Assembly: GCF_006345805.1 (NCBI RefSeq)
Contig: NC_043009.1
Span: 43,028,001-43,092,000 of the forward strand
Direction: 5' to 3'
DNA: 64,000 bases
Origin: Octopus sinensis
Lineage: Eukaryota
A model generated the notes under the pieces. The model did not search any database. It saw nothing but the letters and a program-made list of their open reading frames with translations, and had not been told where the DNA came from. Positions 53,169-64,000 of the stretch are shown in pieces. The number at the start of each line of letters is the position of its first letter. The first letter of the stretch is position 1. A program made the translations under genes and the position numbers.

Positions 53169-54104
53169 GTATATTTTTATATATATATATACACTTACAT
53201 GTAAGAGACCAAAGTGTACGTACACTGCTATATATATATATATTTATTTATTTATTTATATATATATATAAATACAAAATGGGACAAGATCGTAAAATAT
53301 CCAGACAGTTAGGTGATAAAAGAAAGGGACAACAAACATCCAGATAGATGATACAAAGAAAACAAGGATGGGTCATTCAGAGTTTTCTTTCCTCAGTCGA
53401 GTTCCAGATTATCTTTGTAATTTCAGCTGGTTATATACATATATAAATATTATTTCTAAATCTCTCAAAGAGAGATTTTCAGTAACAGTACTTTAGAGTA
53501 AAGACTGTTTACCACCATAACGCAGCAGTACTGGATAGGACGAATGTTACTGTTGTTTATCACCAGGAAGTGTCATTTCCATCTGGTTATATGACACAAT
53601 ATCTGTGTCCTTATATTTTCGAACAGGGAAGCTCAGTACCCCCATCCAGCACAAACCAACATCTGTGGACCAGTTTCTAAGTTATTGCCCTTTCTCAGCA
53701 CAGAGTAGCTGCTTGACTAGACAGTGCTGCTGAATTCCTGTTTGAAAATATATAATTTTCAAAGTGATACATATACAGAAATCTTTTATCTTTTATTTTT
53801 TATTTGTTTCCCTCATTAAACTGCACCCATGCTGGGGCATAGATATATATATAATATGCATACCAACATGCATGCTCATATGTAGACACATGCATGCACA
53901 TACATAAACACATACATAGTTCCCTATCTCCCTCTCTCTTGACACACACACACACACACGCACACACACACACACACATTCACACATATATATATATAAG
54001 AGAGAGAGAGGGGAACAAGAGAAAGTGAGAAAGAGGGGTACCAATGAGTATATAAATGAAACACTTTAAGTGTTAATATGTATGATTACATACATATAGG
54101 CGCA

Positions 54105-54510
54105 GGGGTAGCTATGTGGTAAGTTAATTGCTTACCAACCACATGGTTCCGGGTTCAGTCCCACTGCATGGCACCTTGGGCAAATATCTTCTACTATAGC
54201 CTCAGGCTGACCAAAGCCTTATCAGTGGATTTGCTAGACAGAAACTGAAGGAAGCCTGTTGTATATATGTATATATATGTGTGTGTGTTGTGTGTATGTT
54301 TGTGTGTCTCTGTTTCCCCCAACATCGCGTGACAACCGATGCTGGTGTGTTTACGTCCCTGTAGCTTAGTGGTTCAGCAAAAGAGACTGATAGAATAAGT
54401 ACTAGGCTTCCAAAGAATAAGTCCTGGGGTCGATTTGCTCAACTAAAGGTGGTGCTCCAGCATGGCTACAGTCAAATGACTGAAACAGGTAAAAGAGAGT
54501 AAAAGAGTAT
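54105..54510 (+). mobile_element. Bipartite tRNA/CORE-like SINE
   Basis: Complete head and tail of the same family. Confidence 0.85.
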
Positions 54511-55057
54511 ACATACATAAATACATATACACACATACATACATTCATACATAAACATATACATGCACACACACACAAATACATATGTACACATATACAA
54601 ATATACACACACATATAAATACTTACATACACCCACATGCTTACACACACTTATGCAAACATACACTCATACATATACATGCATACATATTATTTAGATT
54701 TAGTCTCTCCATTTATTAAATAAGTACGTTTGTTTTCCATTTCATTTGGAGCTGGAAGGAAGTTCACTTAATATTAATAAACTATGAAATTAAATCTATT
54801 TATGAAGTGGCTGTATGATTAAAAGTAGGCCTCACCGATAGATCATGTCAGTTCTTAGAGACTGGCACCTTCTCTCAGACTCCTCGCGCTCCAATGATTT
54901 TCAATTCCAGTGACCTTTATGTGAAAATTACAGAGAGTAAAATCAGACTTCATTACTATAAGAGAGGGAAGCAAATATGGATAATAAAACCACACAAGTT
55001 ACTACAGGATCTATTTTTGACTGATAATTGCTTTTGATAAATAATAATAATAATAAC

Positions 55058-55088
<31 letters not shown>

Positions 55089-55109
55089 TAATAATAATAA
55101 TAATAATAA

Positions 55110-55140
<31 letters not shown>

Positions 55141-55327
55141 AATCATCGTTTAGTGTCCACTTTCCATGCTAGGTTCAACTGGGGTCTGCGAAGCCAGAAG
55201 GCTGCACCAGGCCGAGTCTGATCTGGCAATGTTTCTATGGCTGGATGCCCTTCCTAACACCAACCATAATAATAATAGTAGTAATGGTAGTAGTGGTAGT
55301 AGTAGTAGTAGTAGTAGTAGTAGCAGC

Positions 55328-55382
<55 letters not shown>

Positions 55383-55447
55383 AGTAGTAGTTAGTAGTAG
55401 TAGTAGTGGTGGTGGTAGGTGGTGGTGGTGGTGGTGGTGGTGGTGTA

Positions 55448-55491
<44 letters not shown>

Positions 55492-55494
55492 CTT

Positions 55495-56640
55495 GAGGAG
55501 ACACCAAGGTGGAAGAGGCTTAATAGTAGTAGAAGAATATGTACATATGGAAAGAAAAAGTCTAGTAGAGTATTTGCAGGAAAAAAAAATGATGATTCTT
55601 TGGGATTTATCAGTACATACAGACAGAACCAGCAAAGCTTATAAATTAGATATTGTTGTGCAAGACCAAAACATGTTTCTTGATTGACGTGAGCATTTTT
55701 TTTGTGATAATAATTTCTCAACAAAAGAATTTGACAAGCTCAGAAAATATAAAAACTTGCTTATTGAAATCGAAAAAATGTGGCATCTCAAGGTGGTTAA
55801 AATACCAGTGGATTGTAGGAGCATCTAGAATGATAAAAAAAAAAAAGAGTGAAAATAATTTGAGAACGATTCCTGGCTTACCATCGATGCAAGAAGTGCG
55901 TGCAGGAGTGGCTGTGTGGTAAGTAGCTTGTTCACCAACCACATGGTTCCAGGTTCAGTCTCACTGCGTGGCACCTTGGAAAAGTGTCTTCTACTATAGC
56001 CTCGGGCCGACCAAAGCCTTGTGAGTGGATTTGGTAGATGGACACTGAAAGAAGCCCGTCATATATATGTATGTATATATATATATATATATATAAAAAG
56101 CACCATCCGTTCGTGGCCGTTCGCCAGCTCTGTCTGGCACCTGTGCAGGTGGCACGTAAAAAACACCCACTACACTCGCGGAGTGGTTGGCGTTAGGAAG
56201 GGCATCCAGCCGTAGAAACACTGCCAGATCTGACTGGGCCTGACGAAGCCTTCCAGCTTCACAGACCCCAGTTGACCCGTCCTACCCATGCTAGCATGGA
56301 AAGCAGACGCTAAATGATGATGATGATGATGATATATATATGTATGTGTGTATATGTTTGTGTGTGTGTGTTTGTCCCCCTACCATTGCTTGACACCGAT
56401 GCTGATGTGTTTATGTCCCCGTTACTTAGCGGTTCGGCAAAAGAGACTGATGGAATAAGTACTGGGCTTACAAAAGAATAAGTCCCGGAGTCGATTTGCT
56501 CGATTAAAGGCGGTGCTCCAGCATGGCCGCAGTCAAATGACTGAAACAAGTAAAAGAGTAACTGGTGAGTTACATGTATTGAGAAAAGGCATTGTTGCTG
56601 GGAGAACAATTTGCAATCCATGTAAACTTCTTCCTTCATT
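55495..56640 (+). mobile_element. Old Dong/R4 RLE remnant interrupted by a bipartite SINE (about 55900-56558), which itself holds an RTE tail (56095-56335)
   Basis: MMILWDLSVHTDR...CFLIDVS...EFDKLRKYKNLLIEIEKMWHLK...IPGLPSMQEV, resuming after the SINE as VTGELHVLRK. Confidence 0.75.
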
Positions 56641-57274
56641 GGTGGTGATGATGATGGGGATGATGATGATGATGATGGTGGTGATGGTGATGATGATGAT
56701 AATAATGATAAATAATGGAACAAGGAAATATGGTTTTTCGGTTTTCTTGTTAATTCTTACAGGAGATGTTGATGCTAAATGATATCTGGTTAAGAAATTC
56801 ACATAAAGTTTACGCTGGGGTACTTAAAATAAAACCTAGCATATGATTTACTTGTTTTGGTTTATTGCTTGTTTTTTTCTGTTTTTTTTTTGTATTTTTC
56901 AATGCAATGAGATTGTTCTAACATTGCACTTATTAATATATTGATTCTGCTTTAGGTATAAGGGTTCAAATATAGGGAAGAAGTAAAGTTGATTGAATTA
57001 ACCACGGGGTTTGGTTGATATATTATTTTATCAATATATCAATACTGGAAAGATGGAAAACAAGTAATGCTGCCCTCAGTAGGATTTGAACTCAGAAAGT
57101 AAAATATCAAAAGAAAATAGTAGATCTACTAAACTAATGCCCTAAATTATCATCATCATGATCATCATTATCATCATCATCTATAAGAACATTATTCCCT
57201 TTTATTAAGCTGTATGCTAAAATTTGCAAGAAATATTTTCAATATTCATGAGATATGATTCCCTAACACACATG

Positions 57275-57313
<39 letters not shown>

Positions 57314-57705
57314 TAAATATACAAGGAAGGAAGGAAGGAAGGAAGGATGGATGGATGGATGGATGGATGGATGGATGGGTGGATGGTTGGATGGAAAGAT
57401 AGATAAAGAGATAGGTGCATGCATACATATATACATATAAACATATACACATACATGCACATATATACATATACTTATATAAACATACACAGATACACAC
57501 ACATATATACAGATATACATATATAATTATACATATATATATATACACAAATACATACAAATAATATATATATATGTATATATAATGTCTAATGTGTAAT
57601 ATACATACATCCACACATCCACACATACACACACTCACACACACCCACATACACATATATACATGTGTTTCTTTGCCACTGTTGTCTTACTATACTATAC
57701 AGAGG

Positions 57706-57737
<32 letters not shown>

Positions 57738-58269
57738 TATATATATATATATATATATGTATGTATATATGTATGTATATATATATGCATATATATGTAT
57801 ATATATATATGTATGTATATATATATATATATATGAGCTAATCTTATTATAAATATATATATATATATACATATATACATGTATACATATATACATATAT
57901 ATTTACATATATATATGTGTATATATATATACATACATATATATATACTTATATACATACATGTATATATGTATGTATATATATGTATATCCAATATGGC
58001 CGTGGTGTCATCTAAAGAATGTCTGTTTAACATATGCTGTTAGCAATATGTGATGAATTGATAAATTCTCTTGATGTCTTGATACCTTGATGTCTTGGAG
58101 TCTTCTGTTCTGAAGCAGCAGGAAACCCCTGTCTAATCAGTGTGAGACTTTAAAGAACACGAAATGACAAGACCTTCTTTTGCATGCTATGTAGGGCTGC
58201 CATCACTTTGCCAGTGGGTGATGAACAGTTTAAATGCAGGAAGCTGATAATATCATGGCCATCCCTGCT

Positions 58270-58714
58270 TTCGTTCTCCTCTTCTTCTGCGTTATCATCG
58301 TCCATGTTTTTTTTTGTTGTTGTTGTTATATCATTATCATCGTTGTAATTAATCATTGTCATCATAACAGCCATCATCATTATTGTTATCACCATTATCA
58401 TCGTCATCATCATCATCATCATCATACTGATCACCATTTTTTTGATTATCATCATCATCATCATCATCAACAGCGGTAGCATTGTTGTTGTCGGCACTGC
58501 GTTTCTCCTCCTTATCCTCTTTTTTTTGTTTCCTTCTCCTAATCATCGCTGTCATCATCATCATCGCCATCATCATCATCGTCATCACGGTCATCAAAAT
58601 CATTATCAACACCATCATCATCACCAAAATTATCATCATCATCATCATCATCGTTGCTGTCAGAAACAGTGGCTGTGTCATTGCCACCATTGTCATCATT
58701 GCCATCATCTTCAC

Positions 58715-58753
<39 letters not shown>

Positions 58754-58988
58754 TGTTGTCACTATTGTCATCATCATCATCATCTTCATCATCATTATCA
58801 TTGTCTTTGTTGTCATCATTATCATTTCTTTCAGCAGCAGCGGTGGTGTCATTGCCATCATTGTCATCATTGTCAACACCTCCATCATCATCAGTAGCAA
58901 CAGTATTGTCATTGTGAATTCAACCACCGACACCACAACCAGCACTGCTCCTTCTACCACAACAACTTCTATCATCATCATCATCATT

Positions 58989-59026
<38 letters not shown>

Positions 59027-59160
59027 TATTATCATCATCATTACCACCACAACTACCAACACCACCACCACCACCACCATCACCACAACCACTACCATCA
59101 CCACAAAACACCATCATCCTCACAACCCCACCATCATCCTTCCTCACCACGCCATCCCAC
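58270..59160. repeat. Degenerate (ATC)n/(ACC)n microsatellite
   Basis: Direct inspection; it explains the ORFs at 58150-59222. Confidence 0.95.
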
Positions 59161-59468
59161 ATCTTCCTGAGTCTATCCCTTCTTTGCCAGTGTAAGTGCC
59201 ACATAAAAAGCACAGAGTCCACTCTGCAGAGTGGTTGGTGTCAGGAAGGACATCGAGCCATAAAAACTATGGCAAAACAAACACAAGCATGGTGCAGGTT
59301 CTGGCCTGGCTAGCTCCTGTCAAACTGTCCAACCCATGCCAGCATGGAAGGAGGACATTAAATGATGATGACGATATACATACATACATATATATATATA
59401 TACAAAATTTTCAGAATGAGATAAAAATCCAAGGCTGTGAAAGATTTTAGAACATTTATAAAGAGAAA

Positions 59469-59516
59469 GTCTTACAGCTGTTTCAGGGATATTTATTATA
59501 TCCCTTCATCAGAGAC
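59469..59516 (-). ncRNA. Apparently intact minimal type-I hammerhead ribozyme
   Basis: Minus: GTCT-CTGATGA-AGGGATAT aataa ATATCCCT-GAAA-CAGCTG-TA-AGAC. Perfect core, 8-bp stem II, palindromic stem III ACAGCTGT, GUA triplet, 4-bp stem I. Confidence 0.82.
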
Positions 59517-60498
59517 GGCATGAGAAGATGGTTAAACAATAGTTATTTTAGATAAGATATTAGATAGAGAGTGAAGTGAAGGAATGAAAATAGACATGAT
59601 ATTTGCAGGGATATAGCATCTGTAGATCCATTATTTATGTAGAATGGTATACATATAAGATTCCAAATTTGTTTATATATACACATGCTGGACTCCTTAT
59701 TCGCATAATCACCAAACCTGGAGGTTAACTATAGTCTGTCCATAGCACTTACTCAGCATTACCTGACACCTTTGGATCTTATTGACACCATTACCTATAT
59801 ATATATATACAATGGGACTTCTTTCAGTTTCCGTCTACCAAATCCACTCACAAGGCTTTGGTCAGCTTGAGGCTAAAATAGAAAACAATTGCCTTGGGAA
59901 CACAGTGGGACTGAAACCAGAACCATGTGGTCAGGAATCAAGCTTCTTACCACACAGCCATGCCTGCCTTTAATAAACAACAAGAATAAAATAAATCATA
60001 TCTTTCAGTGTTATATTCAATAACTAAGGAGAACCATTGGACAAGACAGTAGATAGTTCTGATTGTGATGTAATATATGATAGCTAATATTTATTGTCAC
60101 TATGAAATAAATCAATGTATATATATACATGCATTACAGACAAATTTCTGAAAGAGAGAGAGGGATCAGGGAGGGGAAAGAGAGTGAGGATGTGTGTGTG
60201 TGTATGTATGTGTTAGCCGAAATGCACATTAAGTAAACAGGACATCTTTGTGGAAAGGATGTTGCAACAAGACCCGGTTTAGAGTGGGATTATTATTCTA
60301 AGTATCAGAGATATTTAAAATGCCAAGAAGAAATTTCCAAGCAAACACAGTCTTATGTATATATGTGTGTATATATGTGTATATATATATAAATCACTGC
60401 AACGATTAAGACAATAGAGAAATGTATATAAACAGGATATCTGATACAAAATCTGCAGTTTCTGCTGGTGAGTGTAATGTACATGTACACACACACAT

Positions 60499-60530
<32 letters not shown>

Positions 60531-60708
60531 CACACACACACACATGCATATACGCATACACACACACATACATAAACATATATATATACATATGTATCAT
60601 CATCCTCAGCAGCAGCAGCATCGTTTAACGTCCGTTTTCCATGCTGGCATGGGTTGGATGGTTTGACCAGGGAACGACACGCCAGTAGGCTGCGCCAAGT
60701 TCCATGTA

Positions 60709-60763
60709 TAACAAAACTGTCTGACGAGCAGGAACGTGAAACTCTGAGTAACAGCTTTTGTTA
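60709..60763 (+). ncRNA. Type-I hammerhead motif (family 3)
   Basis: TAACAAAACTGT-CTGACGA-GCAGGAACGT-GAAA-CTCTGAG-TA-ACAG c TTTTGTTA: 12-bp stem I with one bulge, GUA triplet, weak stem II. Confidence 0.72.
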
Positions 60764-61152
60764 AATTTCTGCTGCTTTTAAATAAAGTGTATATATATAT
60801 ATATATATATATATACATACATACAGATAAATAGAGAGAGTGAAAGATGTAGACAGAGAGATAGTTTGATATAGATATACACATATATGTATATATATGT
60901 GTATATATTATATATGCATATTCTTTTATTTGCTTTAGTCATTTGACTGTGGCCATGCTGGAGCACTGCCTTTAGTTGATCTAACCAACCCCAGGACTTA
61001 TTCTTTGTAAGCCTAGTACTTATTCTCTTTTGCCAAACCACTAAGTTACAGGGACATGAACACACCAGCATCGGTTGTCAAGCGATGTTGGAGGGACAAA
61101 CACAAACACACAAGCATGACAAACACAGACAAGTATATCTCAATGTACATAT

Positions 61153-61197
<45 letters not shown>

Positions 61198-61479
61198 CGC
61201 ACACATATTGTAAGGTTTATAGCTTGCTGCAAAATTAAATAGATATTAAATTGCACACATATGCAGCAGATTCTGAAATTCCTGGTTCTGTGTGAGATTG
61301 ATGCAACATGATCCTTTGAAGAATTAAGATTTGCAATGAATACATCTGCTACTCTTTCTGCTATTGCTTTTGTTATTGTTGTTGTCATTGTTGATGTGAT
61401 TGTTGATGTGATTGTTGCTGTTGCTGTTGTTGCTAGACTTCATGTCAGCCTTAATTATGCAGATCAATGACCAAAATGT

Positions 61480-63400
61480 TCTAGTAATGACCATCACACT
61501 TTACCCTGCTGGCATCCTGATTTTTCTCTAACACAATATTTTGCAATCCAGAATACCCCAGGAATATTTAATTCCAGCTTTTATTCCAACTATATACACC
61601 TGATATTTCCTTCTTGCTACTTGGTACTGGTTTTTGCTGTTTCATCTTCCAGTCTCTTTAGTTGTATCTCTTCAACTTTATGCTCTGTCTATAGAACTAT
61701 TTTACCATTACGTCACCATTTTTTTTTTACCAAGACTTAGTACTAACCAAAGATCTTGTCTGTAGCCCTCAGCAAGTGTTCTTCTACAAGAAATCCATGG
61801 TGCCCTCTCTGTTATAATTTTCTATTTTTTCACCTATCTTGTCCTATATCTCAGTGAATATTTTGTAATGATTCAACTTCCATGACCTCCTTCTTAAGAT
61901 TTTCTTTTATTTCTGGATCCATCTAGTCCTTATTTTGATGCCTTCATTACTGTTGGGTGGTACATTCTTCTGCAGTGAGAGAGAGAGTAAGTGTTCCAAA
62001 CCATCTATCTCTTTTTCTAGTTTCTGTAATTGTTTGATTGAGACGGGATCCGATGGTTGTCTAATTTCCTGTAGCTTGTATTTTAAATGATTAAGTAATT
62101 CACATCTCAGAACTTCAAGAGCCTTAATCCTTTCAATTCTTGTACCATAACCATGGCCTTCATGTATGCCAGAGAGACTCCAGTGACATTATCCTTTAAA
62201 ATCCCTGATCACAATAATGAGATTGCTTGCATTTATTCTAGTAGGAAGTCTGCAGAAAGATCTCATAAAAGCAGTCATTCTGTTCCTCTGTTAGCTCTGT
62301 ACAACATATGCTAAAATCAAGTTTCAATAGATTTGCTCGACACTAGCTTAAGTATAATTATTCAATCATATAATCTGACTCCCTTATCTATTAATTCTTC
62401 TGCTAACAACATAACCTGACTACCTTATCTATTAATTCTTCTGCTAACAACATGCTTATTCCGCTTACCCCATCTCGTTACCTGCTCAAAGAATTCCTTC
62501 TTAGTTCCTTGTCTGCCATCAGTCTAGCTAAGGCTCTTTTCCATCTGCTTTTTGCACATGTAGGTCAGTGCTAGAGAGTGTGCGGCCCAATTAGAGAATT
62601 GTCAGTGGGGCCCTCTACTCTTCAAGAGCTGAAGATTGGTGTTTTATGCTTTGTGTAGTACATCAGTCCCAGCCAAAATGCATTGAGACTCTGTCGTTAA
62701 CCAGAATGATACACTAAAAATTGAAAGCTCATATGAAAGTTTTGATGTTTTATTACAAGTTGAGCATGTACATGGACCCCTCTCTTAATACAGGGCCCCA
62801 TTTGAACAAATCTATCTAATATATATATATAATACGTAACTTGGAAGCAGTGCTATGGATGTACCAGCACACACGAGATTGAGACATGGCCGACCTCATG
62901 CATTTCTCATGAGGAATTCCAGAAGGAGCATTGTGAGACTACTGCTAAGACACTTCCAAAAAATAAAAAAGAAAAGCCGTTAGAAAACCGATTATAGCAG
63001 TGACTCCATCTAAGAATATCTGAAGAAGGAATATTATTCCGAAATATCATATCGGACTATGGATGACTAAATTACAACAGGTATATAGCCCATTGTCTGT
63101 ATTATAGTGCATTGTTGTACCATTCTGAACCTTTTTATTCTTTACTATCTAATAGGCTTAAAACCATCCCTGTGCCCACATCGCACTTGCACTTCCCTCC
63201 ATTCCAGTACTTCCACAATATTTTCTGAGAATCTCTGCATCATACTGACTTTCATGGTGACCATACTGAAGTTGTTGGCCTCACAAAAGCAGAAAGGTTG
63301 TCCTGAAGATGAATCTACTGGTTGGTGTTGCCTTCTGCAGCTGAAAGGAAGAAGCAAGTCTGCACTATTGCTTGGCAACAATCAAAAGACTCTTATATGT
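61480..63400 (-). mobile_element. Heavily degraded RTE endonuclease region, interrupted by other inserts (about 62560-63100)
   Basis: DCFYEIFLQTS / IVIRDFKG / GIHEGHGYGTR align to the RTE at 39500-39660. ENIVEVLEWREVQVRC at about 63200 resembles the APE N-terminus. Confidence 0.6.
63015..63060 (+). ncRNA. Hammerhead motif, stem I damaged
   Basis: CTGAAGA-a-GGAAT att ATTCC-GAAA-TATCATA-TC-ggactat: perfect core, 5-bp stem II, 3-bp stem III, AUC triplet. Confidence 0.62.
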
Positions 63401-63730
63401 AACTCAATATTTTAGCTTCCAGTTGATTCTCAATTATTTCCAACTCTCCTGTGAATCACTGCAAGCAATTATTATCAACATTACTACAATTAATATGGTG
63501 GGTATTTGAACTAAATGCTTGGAATAGAAATGGATTGAGGGCTACTGTTGCTATCATTGACATATGTGTAAATACTGTTGCATGTTTATGCGGTGATAAT
63601 ATACAACGGACAAGGATTCAAGACATGAAAAAGATACATCAACAGTATGTGTGTGTGCAATTACAGAACTCGTATATGTGTGTGTGTGTGTACATGTACA
63701 CATGTACATATCTATCTATATATCTATCTG

Positions 63731-63772
<42 letters not shown>

Positions 63773-63909
63773 CATACACACACATATATATACACACACA
63801 CATATATATACTCACATATACATGCATATAAATATATAGATTATATAAGCATGTGTGTGTATAGACATGAACGCATATATGTGTTAATCTATATAAATAT
63901 CTATCTATC

Positions 63910-63944
<35 letters not shown>

Positions 63945-64000
63945 GTATATGTGGAAGCACTCCGTCGGTTACGATGATGAGGGTTCCGGTTGATCCGATC

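Noticed and set aside
53371-53400. Minus-strand CTGAGGA...GAAT in a repeat-like segment
   Set aside because: GAAA is broken and there is no convincing stem II or III; possibly a relic, but not supportable.

Overview
Very AT-rich, microsatellite-saturated animal DNA. The repeat families (tRNA-headed SINEs, RTE 3' tails ending in (GAT)n, mariner, Dong/R4) look like those of an octopod cephalopod; this is inference. One 100-N gap lies at 5995-6094. I found no host protein-coding gene that I can support. Nearly all ORF-track entries are microsatellite translations, and the protein-like ones are transposon-derived. These include a frameshifted RTE LINE carrying a PHD-like finger (39379-42181) whose 3'UTR is amplified six times in tandem, a young Dong/R4-type RLE element in a (TAA)n tract (27232-29094), and CR1, Tx1-like, older RTE and Tc1/mariner remnants. 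The main signal not shown by the ORF track is about 11 type-I hammerhead ribozyme motifs of several families, on both strands. Some retain all catalytic core positions and predicted helices (59469-59516 best; 20825-20885 and 60709-60763 with an imperfect stem II). Several sit in fold-back inverted repeats or Penelope-like remnants. All folds were done by eye and none is tested.
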